43,939 bases of DNA, from assembly GCA_032718475.1 (NCBI GenBank), contig JAUCBJ010005042.1, positions 1-43,939 of the forward strand, in the 5' to 3' direction. This document shows, piece after piece, positions 1-12,100 of this stretch. A program made the translations under genes and the position numbers. A model generated the notes under the pieces. That model was not told the DNA's origin. It ran no database searches and saw only the letters and a program-made list of their open reading frames with translations. This DNA comes from Nemertoderma westbladi. Lineage: Eukaryota; Animalia; Xenacoelomorpha. The first letter of the stretch is position 1, and each line of letters begins with the position of its first letter.

Positions 1-1816
1 CGCTGTAGTCTGTTTGAGTCGGGACAGGAGCTATTAAACCATCAGGTTGATGCCATCAATGATGCTGATGACAGCAGACAATCATCCCAGGCATGGAAAT
101 CGATCAAGCTGCTTACTGGGCGGATTAAGCCAACCAACCACCAAGGTTAAGGCTGAATCACCAGCTGACCGCCTCAATGGTTGGAAAGCCCACTTTGAAA
201 AGTTCCTCAATAATGACATGGTATTGCCTGATAACTTTATAGAAGTAAAAGTAGCTGAGTCTGTACTCCCTGATATTCCCATCGGTGATAGCTCCTTTGC
301 AGAAGTGAAGGCTACTGCAATGAGCATTAAGACCAATCGTGCCAGTGGAGTAGATGGGGTTCCCCCTGAGGTCTTTAAAATACCTGAGTGTTTAAAGCTC
401 ATCTATCCCATCATAGTAGACATGTACCGAACAACAAGAGTCCCACAAGAAATGAAAACAAATATGTTGGTGCCAGTTCCCAAGAAGGGCAACCTAACAC
501 TCTATGGTTCTTTTCGGGGAATCTCATTGATCTCGATTGCTGCAAAGCTATACAATAGAATTATATTAAAACGCATCAGGGATCCCATTGAGAGACTGCT
601 CCGTGGAAATCAGAATGGGTTCCGTAAAGGTCGTGGGACCATGGAGCCCATTTTGGCACTTAGAAGGATAATTGAAGAGTTGTCAAAAAAGAAAGACAGG
701 CATCTGGCTGTTATCTTTGTTGACTTCTCCAAGGCCTTTGATTCAGTCTCTCGCTCACGTATGTTCAGCATAGTTTCATTATATGGGATTCCTGATGAAA
801 TTATTGCAGCAATCACATCAGTATACGATGGTTCGACAACATTTGTGTCTACTATTAACGGTGACACAGAACCATTTGCAGTGTTATGGGGCGTCCTCCA
901 GGGCGACACACTTGCACCATTCTTGTTCATAATTGTGGTTGACTATGTTCTACGCATGTCCTTAGATCATCATAATGATGAAGGGGTGATATGGCTCTAC
1001 TGGCTCCAGAGTCGAGGAAATCCTGCAAAGTACCTAACTGATCTAGACTTTGCTGATGACTTAGGAGTACTCTCAGAATCACTAGAGGGAGCCCAACGGC
1101 TTCTCCGCTCATTAGAACAAGCTGCTTCTAGTGTTGGTCTTTTTATTAACTCCAGAAAGACCAAAATTCTGACAGTTAACTTTGAAAGTCCTCAGCAAGT
1201 CTCTGATCGGATGAGCATAAGCTCAAAGGATGGTATGCTTGAGCATGTGGACGACTTCTGTTACCTGGGATCATGGATCCGGAAGTCAGGTGAGGACCTT
1301 CGAATACGTAAAGGAAAGGCATGGGCAGCCTTGAATAGGCTTTCCAAGATTTGGACGTCACCGAGAATTAATCGGAAACTTAAGGTCCGATTATTTAGAG
1401 CAGCAGTAGTTCCAGTGTGTCCATGCTGGGCTCTAACTGCTGAGGACACCAAATCACTGGATGGCACATTCACAAGAATGCTACGCCGGGTTCATTGTGT
1501 CAAGTACAATGCACACATCTCCAACCAGACACTATATAACATTGGAGATGTTTCATTGGTTCCCCCAAGCTTGACTCTAGAACAAAATCGCCTCCGTTTT
1601 GCAGGACATTGCTTTCGCCGTGAGGACCAGCCAGTGCATAATCTTGTACTTTGGCAGCCTCATGGAGTGAATAAGCATGGTGGACAGCCCATTACTTTCT
1701 TGAGACGCATCTTAAAGGACACTGGCCTTGAATATGCGGATGATCTAGCAAATGTCATGGGTGATAGGGAGTTGTGGCGGCGCAATTTTATCGACAAGCC
1801 GGCACAGCATTCTTAA
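1..1816 (+). mobile_element. Non-LTR retrotransposon (RTE/RTE-X-like LINE) reverse transcriptase region, cut at the window edge, decayed copy
   Basis: RT motifs VPVPKKG, QNGFRKGRGT, FVDFSKAFDSV, GVLQGDTLAPFLF, LDFADDL, FCYLGS, RLRFAGHC; stop at 1814-1816. The LINE-like sequence AWKSIKLLTGR is in frame 1 and moves to frame 2 near 125-135 (frameshift). The usual LLYG is missing in AAVVPV^CPCW. Confidence 0.93.
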
Positions 1817-1849
1817 AATGCAGCTGCAATGCAGCATGCCGATCCACAC

Positions 1850-2092
1850 ATATCAACCAATGATAGCGTCTGGGGTAGGTTGATGATATCAACCAATGAT
1901 AGGGTCTGGGGTAAGTTGATATCAACCAATGATAGCGTCTGGGGTAAGTTAATATCAACCAATGATAGCGTTTGGGGTAAGTTAATATCAACCAATGATA
2001 GGGTCTGGGGTAAGTTAATATCAACCAATGATAGCGTCTGGGGTAAGTTAATATCAACCAATTATAGCGTCTGGGGTTTGGGCGTCTGGGGC
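1850..2092 (+). repeat. 33-bp minisatellite, ~7 copies, just after the LINE stop codon
   Basis: Unit ATATCAACCAATGATAGCGTCTGGGGTAAGTTA starting at 1850, 1886, 1919, 1952, 1985, 2018, 2051, then a degenerate GCGTCTGGGG remnant. Confidence 0.95.
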
Positions 2093-3769
2093 GTATTTAT
2101 TATATTATTATCCGCTTCTGGTAGATGTACTGTAGGGCTTCTATGGTATCTATATTGAGATCAATGATTAATAGTATCTTGAAAAGGAAGTTGTTGTTTT
2201 CTGGAGGCCATTACCGGCCATAATATTCCCAAAAACAAACATTGCACACACAGACAGACACCGTAGTTTCATTTTTATTTCATTTTAATTGTTCTCTACT
2301 TTTAGTGCTTCTGCTTCGTTGCCGCTATTATATTTATCATGGATGCAATCTGCTGCATGTCATCATACAACAGGGGCGCCATCTAACGGAATGGAATGGA
2401 ATTATTAGATATACCATACAAAATTGTTATCATTATAGGCACCTTATTTCATACTATTTTTATTTGGTGTTCTTTTAAAGGGCGCGGTTACACTTTTTGT
2501 GCCGGTATAAACAAACACATTTAAAAAACAGTAGTTATACAAACATGAGAACAAACACCTATACATAATGTATAATAACAAGGTGTCTACTAGTAGGGAC
2601 TGCTTCGGGTGTATTTGTTGGTTCTGATTAATATTGGTTGAATAACCGCACCGAAAGTGTAACCAGGACCTTTTATTAGTAGGACCAACATGTAGTGCGG
2701 TTTCTGTAGAATTGAATAGCATTACACTAGGTTTGTTTTTACTATGTTCTTGTTGTTTTTGTCGTAAAGTACACACACTCCACAGTTTATTTATATTAAT
2801 CATATATAGTTGTTAACTTCTGTTGAGTTACTATTTATATATTTTGCTTGATTGATTGTAGGCCCGAATTTACATATTTGTGTTGTATTGTATTACTTTT
2901 GTTTAAATATTTAATTAATTAATTAATTAATTAATCTCTCAATTTTATATACCCTTCTGATTGGCATATTCCTAATGTTTTAGGTAAATGAATATGAGAT
3001 GAGTTCTGTATCAGTTACAGATGTATTTTATCGTTGTGACTCCAAAATACTTTATAAACAAATAAAGTGCATCGGTTTGACTATACTGTAATTATGTTCT
3101 AGTGAATTTGTTTAGGCAGCTCTTAGTCTAGTGCTGATTGTTTATATAAGGGAATCATCCAATCACGTATCAGTGTAACACTGAAGGGCAACTCAATCTT
3201 GGGTTTTACTCTAGAAGAATTTAAAAGGCGAATTTTAAAAAGCATTATTCCATAGCTGAAGGAATTAGCCTAGAAAGGGGAAGGGATAACTATCTAATCT
3301 TCTTCCATTTATTTTATGTTAAACTTAAAAAAAAAAAACGAAAATTTGTATATGTGTTAATTATTAATAATAATTTTATTATTTTTTGTGTCTTTTGTTT
3401 TGGATGGCGAATACAATATTTTGTAGTGTGGTAGATGTTTATTTTTTAGAATAATTAATAAATAGGGTTTTGTAATTTTATTTCTATCATAAATGTTGTT
3501 ACATATTGAATCATTTATTTAAAAGTGTCAACAAAGAATACACCCATCATTCCCTTCCCACCTTCTGAATATTGGCCCTGACAATCTAGAATTGAGATTT
3601 AAACCTAAAAACCATTATTTTGATTAGATGTGGCGGTGGCATGGCGTCGCTGGCGGGCATTAAATCTGAGGAGTTGAAGTTATAAAAGGCAAAGAGAGAA
3701 AGAGATAGTGTTTGTAGTAGAAAAGTTATAGGGCTACTCAATACCGCGTTTATTCTGTCTTCGCTTTAA

Positions 3770-3956
3770 GTGTAAACGCTACGCCGATAGCAAACACCAA
3801 CGGACAGAAGCAGTTACAAATGTTAATAATGGAAAGGAACAAGTTATAGCGCCGAGTTATTCTAACCAAATCAATAAACGAGAGTGAAGAGCGTAGGATC
3901 CAGTTTCATTTATCTTCAATGGTTGTCGAATGTCCGCTGTTGGAGTAGCGTTTATG
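3770..3956. mobile_element. Diverged MITE-like element related to the element at 16438-16541
   Basis: Left end GTGTAAACGCTACGCCGA is shared with the 16438 element; right end TGTCCGCTGTTGGAGTAGCGTTTA is an imperfect inverted copy. Confidence 0.55.
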
Positions 3957-4199
3957 TATTGCACCTGTGTTACCGAGTACTGTTACAGTTAAAGACAGTT
4001 ACCGACAGTACAATACAGTTCGGATTAACTTGGCAGTTGAACGTTAAGTTTCAGTGGGACTCCATTATGCTACACGAGTTATTAGAAATATAAACTGCAG
4101 GAAATATATGAAATAATTTGTAATCTACAAACAAAACCTGTAATTATTTTGATATCAGTCAATAATAGATTGTATTTATAGCTCCATAGCAACGGGTCG

Positions 4200-4382
4200 T
4201 TATAGTTCGTCGTTTCCATGGCAGTTCTTCATGCATCGGAATTCCAGATCTGATGTGTCGCCGTTAGGGAAATTAAAGCAGCATTTCAACCCCGGACAAC
4301 ACGGATTCTGGGGGAATCCTAGATCGGTTAGTTCTTTGTCATCTTTCTCGTTGCATAGCCCACCAACTCTAACGCAACCAAG
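4200..4382 (-). CDS. Last coding exon of a secreted cystine-knot (ICK/knottin)-like peptide precursor
   Basis: Acceptor TTATTTCCTCAG, phase 0, reads LGCVRVGGLCNEKDDKELTDLGFPQNPCCPGLKCCFNFPNGDTSDLEFRCMKNCHGNDEL-TAA. Spacing C-x6-C-x17-CC-x4-CC-x14-C-x3-C. GC-richer than the flanks. Confidence 0.85.
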   Translation of the reverse strand, partial: LGCVRVGGLCNEKDDKELTDLGFPQNPCCPGLKCCFNFPNGDTSDLEFRCMKNCHGNDEL

Positions 4383-4782
4383 CTGAGGAAATAATTAATA
4401 TACTGTAATATTAATTTATACTGTATATACAATCAATGTGTATCACTTGATTACATGTAAATACTATTATACTAAAATCAAAATCGTGTAAAAATTAATA
4501 AAAAATATAGAGAAACTAACTATAAACTTAAATATGTTTCTCACTTAATAGACTTGGTGCACGCGGGGAAAGCACATAAATTCAGGCAGTAAACTCGAAT
4601 CGTAAAATGTTGCTTCTTAAGTTCCTTCAAGATACAGTGCTAAGTGTAGGCCTAATTGTATTCTGTGGTGAGATCTGGACACTGAAGAAATTAGACCTAC
4701 TTGAACAACAGCAGCACTAAACATCAGCTGGAGGCAATACACGTTCGTGGGGGGTCGCGCAGCACGCGAACTTGAGCAAGTT

Positions 4783-5050
4783 GAAACAAGTTTGATTTGA
4801 TCTAGACTCCAAAGTTCGAGAGGTATTTGCCCGTAACGTTCAAAAATATTGGAACTTTTTCTCTAGTATGCCCATAGAAAATTTGGTTAAAAATTGATAA
4901 AATCTTCAAAAGTTATTTACGAATGAATTTTTCATTACAGGCAGAAAGACGGACAGACAGACGAACAGACAGACGGACATGAAATTTTGCCCTATTTTCT
5001 AATTATAATTGTGCGCTAAGGCTCGCCGTTACTGCGTGGCTCGCCTCACA
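4783..5050. mobile_element. Possible non-autonomous Helitron/Helentron-type (DINE-like) repeat
   Basis: Begins AAACAAG, has an internal (GACA/GACG)n microsatellite at ~4947-4980 and a GC-rich end (GGCTCGCC twice). Only the general architecture is recognised. Confidence 0.3.
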
Positions 5051-5684
5051 TTAAAAACGATTCAGTTGGGACTTCTGTAAATGTCGAGTTCATATCAGAT
5101 GTACTTTTCTGGCAACCAACACAAAGAAAGCGTAACCGTGGACGACCGGCAATAACATACAGTATATAGACCAACTGAAAGGGATACTGAACTTGGGAGA
5201 AACGAAATTGCGACAACTATGGAGAAGCTTAATATATATAAAACTTAATATAAAGTTTATGTTAATGAATTCTCAACTTCAAAGACGCATTTTCATCGTC
5301 AAAATTTTGCCACCCATAGCCAATATTCTTTCAGGCACCAACTCTATCATTAACCTTTATAAACTTTAACTGTGATTTACCCATTGTGTTATTTATTACC
5401 CTAAGAACAAACACACAGTCTATGTATCATATGGAGCTACTAAGTATGCAGGCGGCATCAAAATAATGCGGCAATATTAATGATATAAATAATTGGTATA
5501 AAATCATAAGACAACCTATGATTGGATATTATCTTTATGTTAATTCTATAACTCGTCGTACTGTAGCATGTAACTGCAATTAGTTGATTGGACAGGTGAA
5601 ATATTTCTGTTAAGGGTGTGGCAATCCCTCAACCAGTATTAATTTAAACTGACTGACTACTTTCTATTTAGTTTTTTCTTACAG

Positions 5685-5784
5685 ATTCACACTCACTGTA
5701 CAACATTAAATCTTTCTCCGTTCTTCTTTAATCGAATCAAAAGATAACTACATAATAAATATTAAGAAGAAAAATATTACATAG
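5685..5784 (+). other. Possible non-coding 5' UTR exon of the 6640-7641 gene
   Basis: CTGAC branch-like motifs, polypyrimidine tract and TTACAG acceptor ending at 5684; ATAG|GTATAA donor at 5785; a possible acceptor CTCATAG ends at 6577 before the CDS. Confidence 0.3.
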
Positions 5785-6639
5785 GTATAATGTTTATTAA
5801 AGATGTTGAAGGCCGACACCCGCTGATAAATTTCAAATAGGTATAATGTTCTTATACTTATGTGATAATTGATCAAAGTCAAAGATAATATAGGGCATAA
5901 TTTTTTAAATTGTATTTATATATTTTCTGGAAGACCTTTGCCTCCAATTTTTGCGTTGCTATAAACAATTTGTCGTTTCCCAAAATTTTTGAAGTTTTTT
6001 TCAAATACAGCAATATCTTTTGAATAAATCATTCTGAAAAATGTGGTGAATAACAAAGCAATTTTTAATTATTTTATTTTTCTTATTTCAAATTCGTCGT
6101 TGGTTTTGGCTCGTTTTTCCATGATTTTTTCCTGTGACCCCGTATCGAATGTTTGTATTCTCAAAACATTGAAATGCATTTCTAGTTCTCCAAAAATGAG
6201 GATCTCAGCCTATTTCCTTTGTAATCTTTTTCTCACGTCTTGATTTAAAGTTTAAAATTATAAATCCTAAAACTTAATAAGAAACAAATGATAGATGAGA
6301 TGATAGTATGATAGAAATCCAATGTAAGAATAAAAGCCCTTTCAAACCCAAAAATTACGGTGGAGTGTTTTATCGTGTGCTACACTTAATTGGGGAACCC
6401 CAAAAATGTTTTTATTGTTAAAATAAATCTATGCGTCCCTAAAAAAAAATATCAGAATCTACACCATGTTTTCGAATCGTTGAAATTGATAAATTTTAGT
6501 AATGTGCCTGCTTTTAGAGCACCTAAAAATGGCATACCCTCGGTCTTAATAGGTTAAACAAAACTTTAATCTCATAGCTACTTTGTTTTTAATTGTTTGG
6601 TTTGTAATACTATTAATAATGGAATGCGTACTAAACATA

Positions 6640-7641
6640 ATGAAACTCGTTCTTATCTATTTGTTTGTCAATGTCAGTGGAGCAGCTGTTTGTCATACTG
6701 GTACATCAGTTACCGTGGAATCAGAAAACGAAAATTCGAAGACAAAAATGGAGAATGCAATGCCAGGAACATCTTTCGTAACCCGAGAAGACTGTTCAAC
6801 CTGTCAGGTATCTTCCAACCTACTCGTTGGTAGAATAATAGATGATGAATTTAAACTACTAATCGATACCCGCAATACTTCTTGCATTACCGACGACAAT
6901 GCCGTATGTGTGGAGGAAGAAATACAACAATGCACACAACTTATCGAGAAAACTAATGACCCTCAGATGAAATCATTATTGGATATGTATCAGCACACCA
7001 TGTCACCATTCGAATATCTTTGCCAGATTCAATGTTGCGAAGAGTCGTGTGAGACCGAATGGGATGCGAGTGACCCTCGAGAAGATGACGGAATAATTGA
7101 TTGGGATTCGGTTAATTTTGAGCAGAAAGCCACAAGCACTGCTACCCCATTACCTGACGGTGTCACCTGTCTTTCTCGCACCAACATAAAAATCGAGTCA
7201 AATAATTCCCAAATGGAAAATGATTTGAAATCCACTTATACAGGAAAGTCGGAATTTGCTCAAGAAGGTTGCAAGACGTGCAAGGAGTTTTCTCATGTAT
7301 TCGGAGGAATGACAAAGGAGGGTAATTACAAAGTGTTGATACACAGCGAAGTGAATTCTTGCGTTCGGTCCGAGGAGCAGCAGTGTACTCAGTCGGGAGA
7401 AGCCGACTGCCCGAGTCTAGTTAACGATGAAGGCGTGCAAGATCTAAACAGGATGGTGGTTGCTCTGCTGCCAAGCATGGCTACATATCAAGTTACCTGT
7501 CGTTTCAAGTGTTGCGATGGGGTCTGCACCACAGAATGGGACAACTTAGATGACGGTTTCCCCGCCAACTCTGCCATGATTTCTATTGGATCCATTTATA
7601 CTCTGATTATTGGCGTCCCTCTAGCCTATTTTATGGTTTAG
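6640..7641 (+). CDS. Secreted, probably GPI-anchored Cys-rich protein with two tandem 10-Cys Ly6/uPAR (three-finger)-like domains (333 aa)
   Basis: Signal peptide MKLVLIYLFVNVSGA (ATG 6640; alternative ATG 6619). Two homologous ~125-aa repeats, each with C...CxxC...C...C...C...CxxxCCxxxC-x-TEWD. C-terminal small residues (ANS) followed by a hydrophobic tail with no cytoplasmic segment. AATAAA at 7880-7885. Confidence 0.88.
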   Translation: MKLVLIYLFVNVSGAAVCHTGTSVTVESENENSKTKMENAMPGTSFVTREDCSTCQVSSNLLVGRIIDDEFKLLIDTRNTSCITDDNAVCVEEEIQQCTQLIEKTNDPQMKSLLDMYQHTMSPFEYLCQIQCCEESCETEWDASDPREDDGIIDWDSVNFEQKATSTATPLPDGVTCLSRTNIKIESNNSQMENDLKSTYTGKSEFAQEGCKTCKEFSHVFGGMTKEGNYKVLIHSEVNSCVRSEEQQCTQSGEADCPSLVNDEGVQDLNRMVVALLPSMATYQVTCRFKCCDGVCTTEWDNLDDGFPANSAMISIGSIYTLIIGVPLAYFMV

Positions 7642-9057
7642 ATAATTTTTAAGAAAATAATATTATACTGTTGTTGCTTTGTTAACATAATTTACGTCAT
7701 CTATTTTATTCTTTGTCTTAATATCTATAATTTGGACCTGACTGACCCTTAACTTTCATTTTAATTAAATACCATCACATACATACGAATACAATACAGT
7801 ATCAAATATTTCATGTGCAACTATTACTTAAGAATTCACGTTCTTTATTAGTTTCCCTTAAGTATATCCCCAATTTCGAAATAAACAACATAAATTTAGT
7901 AGTAAGCCTATACATGGTGGGGGACAATAAAACTTAAAATACAACTGATGGAACACCCCAGTGCTTGGGAATTGCTTGGAATAACCCTTTATTCAATCAA
8001 CATCGAATCATCGTATTCTGTATATTAATTGTGTTTTAGTAATTACGGTGTTCCAATATTATATATACCCCGATGGTTAATTAAATATTATAGACTAGAT
8101 GATATTTTAGAATTTTTAAAACATTATACAAAACATAAACAAAAGAACATGGCATTCCACCGAATTTCAGATTAAGAATGTAGTTTCGGTTAAATGGTTA
8201 ATTGGAATACCAATTGTTCGACATTTTAGGGCGTTAAATTAAATGGGATAGCCTCCGTGGCTGTTGTAGCCCGTGGTTGTTGTATAAAGAAAGTAATACA
8301 GTAGATATAGAACAACCCATTGTTCGTGAGAGGGGCGATTAGACATTATTATATTAATTGTGGGTGTGGGATACCTTAACCCACTAGCTATGTGTTGTAA
8401 GTTAACAATACTGTAACCATTCCATACCTACCCTTTTTATGGCATTATGTGTAATTAAATGTTCTTTCATAAACATTGTATTGTACTGAAGTTCCAAAAA
8501 TATTCACCACACCTACTTTGTCACAATACCATGGGAAAAATTATTTGAGCTGTCAGCAATTAATAATTAATATAGCCATCCATAATTTTAGTTCTAATGA
8601 AACTCAAATATAATTTATAACAGGTACTATTATGATTAGTTTGTAATTGGATTCCTAACCATTTTTATAAAGGTTGGGAGTCTGACGCTAAGCTAGCGGC
8701 TCAGGTAAAATATAGACCTGGAAATACTACCAGATACCTTGTACCGTCCACAATTTACCTCCCCATGGCCTCCCATCTGTCAATACCATCATATGCTGCC
8801 ACTGCGTTCAACCCTACAGTATTTGGCCGTCTTTACCACTCGCTATAATGAAAGGGTAGACGTAGAGTATACAATATAAACCATCAACCATGACACAATG
8901 ATTAAATATAAACTCAAACTATTAATTTAGAAAGGACAGTTGAACTTTCTAACTCCGCTTGTATTCAAAATATAACATTTATTTGAATACATTTAGATTA
9001 TTACAGTACGTATTAAACTTGTTCATATATTGGGCACATGTTATTTATTATACTTAC

Positions 9058-9144
9058 ATCTCCAAAGTCTTCTTGTTCTTGTGACCTTCCACAGCTCGTT
9101 AAACATATGACAATTAATAGACAAAAGATACAAAATATTCGCAT
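9058..9144 (-). CDS. First coding exon (signal peptide plus acidic spacer) of the knottin-like precursor
   Basis: Acceptor ATTTACAG (AG at 9150-9149), AAA ATG context, reads MRIFCIFCLLIVICLTSCGRSQEQEDFGD, then phase-0 donor GAT|GTAAGT that matches the phase-0 acceptor at 4382. Confidence 0.8.
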
Positions 9145-12100
9145 TTTACTGTAAATCTAAAGAAATTACTTTTTTACAAGATATATTATCTGTTTTCTTG
9201 AATAATCATCAGATTATTTTATTAAAACCTTTTAGTAATTTATTGTTATATTGGATGACAACCATTTCGTTGAAAATAAATATAATTTAATTGATGTTGT
9301 AACCAATCAATATGACACAGGCTGTTACCTCAATGCCGCAGCACCTTACTGCGGCACTACCGCGGTAGTACATACAGTTATAACACTGGAGAGAAACACT
9401 CTATGGCCAATATGGTGCCACAATATTAAGAAAAAATGTACAAGGGGTTCACTAAAATATTAATTAAAGTATATATATTAGCGAAATTAACTAATCGATA
9501 TCTGTTAACAGTGAGAGATTTTTTCCCCAATAAAAATACGGAGGGAAAGAAATCTAGGAACCGAACTAAAGAAAAGTTGAAGTTCCAGAATAATATAATA
9601 AAACTAAGTTGGGGATTTCCGGCTAAATCAGAGTCAAATGAAACCTCAGGAATGTTTTGAAAGGCGTCTCACGATTCGTTCTAGTTAAAGTAAAGTAAGG
9701 TTTTCTTTGTACCTTGGTTTTAAGCTTTCCTAGGGAAACTGAAAGTAAACAAACCAGTAGGCGGACCTGAATAAACCTATGCCGTGTAGAATGTCCTACA
9801 CACAATCCAAACCAGTCAAATTTAAAACAGAACCTCCTCAGAGCAAGCGAACCCACCCGCCCAATGATGGTTGGTAGATCCTAGAAGCTGACTAGTGTAG
9901 ACCGTGTAGCATCCACCCCCCACATCATCGATCTCGCATTGAACGGCTCGCCCGCGCCCGTTAACGATAAGGTGCCTCTCCGGTCATCCGTCTTTGTAAC
10001 CAGTCAACCTAAGGTCGGCCATAATCTGACCTTGGCGTGACGCTAAGAGTTTTAATTAATCCGTATGCCAGTAACCGATAGATCACCCCCATAAGGCCAA
10101 AGGCCTTTTAGGTCAAGGCCCCAGAAGCCTCAAGGAAAACGTAGATTGAAACTCGGAACACTATATTTCAGATTGCCTGAGGAAACCTTTGAAGAAAACT
10201 AAGCTACATAACTTCCTAAGAAAGGTAAGGTGGAGTAAAAAGACTCGTAAAAATATACCGGTGTAACAGAGAATTTTCTCAAAATCACCCCCCGGTTAAA
10301 ATTCACTAGTGTGTATTCTCACTCCCCGGTGTATTTTTTTGTATCTTCTGCAGTACTTTGTTATATACAAATCTCCAGCGCGTGTTTGTCTGTGTTCTAG
10401 AGGTATCTGTGGTCTTAACTTTAGGCTTATTATATTGAATTTAAATTATATTGAAATTTAAAATATCATGGGGGTAAGAATACACTGAGGGGGGTTAAAT
10501 TTTATTGAAAAATCACCCAGAATTGTGAGTGATAACTTTAACTTATACAACCGGTCGAATAATATTATTAGCAAATTGAATTCTGAGCTTGGGAAAAAAT
10601 TCGCCAACAAAATATAAAATATTCGTTGTAGTTGAAACCTGTAAAGCTATAACTTGGGTGAAAAGTACGGAAGTAAAGGAGCGAGTGCTCAAAAAAGTGA
10701 CAAACAGGATTGTCTTCAGTTAAATAATTTTATTATTCAAACACGTGAATTTAATAACGAGGACCAACTAGAGCAGTGAAGGGATACTACAGTACAAAAG
10801 GATGTGGTAAGTCAACATGATGCTGACCATTGGAAGATGATTTGTTGGGATGATAATGCGTGATTGTATTTAAGGGAGGGGGGGGGGGGGGGGCGTTAGC
10901 ACCCCCTATTTTGGAATTTGACAATTCAAAAACTTTTTTTATTCTATAATGTGCCGAATTTAATGGAGATTTCAAATCTGCAAGCAGCTTTCTCATATCA
11001 TGTCTCAAATTGAAGTTATCGCCAAGGATACTACTGTATGTCTCTAATAATATTGTGTATTCGCTTCTCAATGCACTTCCACTGGAGACAATAAATTGTA
11101 ATGAAACATAAATGTGTATACTCTGCATTCAACTATAATAATAGCAAACTACTTTTACTTATTGCACGCACATACCCTACTAACTTAGGCACTTGCTGGG
11201 GAATGAGCTTCCCAAGCTTGGCCTCGATTACAACTCACCGATACTCCGTACAACACATTCTAAAGAAGGACTTCTCCACACAAACAACTACCAATAAAAG
11301 ACGCTTTTAAATACTTTTACATTGGTAATATATTGAATAAAATGAGAATCCTTTTACATTTAAATTACAAGAAAGAAGCCATATTGGATTTGATGCGGTT
11401 GAGCTTGGATCGTACTTAGCGATAAATGTAGCATTAGCTTAGCTTAGCCTTTTGCTGAATAACTGATGTTTTGTTGTGGACTCCCTGAATATAATATTTA
11501 GACCTTTATCATACTACTATGAAATTAAGAGTTGTTTTGTTTCCATACAATATCTACGTAGGCCTACGTACTACGTACGTACATGACGTACAGATAGTTT
11601 TTTTCCTCAGAGGATGAATTGTATATATGACCATATTATATTATCATCTTTTAATGAATAATATTCCGTTGGGCACAGCTTAGCAAAGTCGGCAATACCT
11701 CTCCAGGATGTCTGACTCTTCGCACACTGGCTAGGTTCTAGAATGTCACTGAACTACTTTGTCCCAGGATCAACCCCATTAGGCCTATATGATTAATCCT
11801 CACCATCCATTCCCCTATACATATAACGCAAAAATTGATTGAAATAGTGAACTGCACAGTACAATGTGGTAGCCAGTTCACCAGCTGTCCTGAATGATGA
11901 TTCGTACTACTTGAATCAAATAAATCAATAAAGATTTCAGTATGTTATTCTTTCATAGATGGGATTATTACTTCTGCCCTATAATAAAATAGAACTTTAT
12001 TTCTTTCCCGAACTAAAACCAGTTTGCATTTCGTGATTTTTAATGTTATATACAGTATATATTTATTAACTTTGTATATACCCAAATTTAAAATTTGTTG

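Noticed and set aside
47-130. N-terminus of the 589-aa ORF as listed (MMPSMML...)
   Set aside because: Wrong frame: the LINE-like sequence upstream of ~130 is in frame 1, so this start is a frameshift artefact.
5925-6557. piggyBac-like MITE ending ...AATAGGTTAA
   Set aside because: No matching left TIR found; at most a truncated remnant.
8789-8842. Alternative minus-strand terminal exon for the signal-peptide exon (RVVKTAKYCRVERSGSI-stop)
   Set aside because: The acceptor is plausible but the product is short with one Cys and no recognisable motif. The 4382 exon gives a far more coherent precursor; it cannot be excluded as a minor isoform.
10257-10554. MITE with CCGGT termini
   Set aside because: The inverted similarity is short and patchy, and no TSD was identified.
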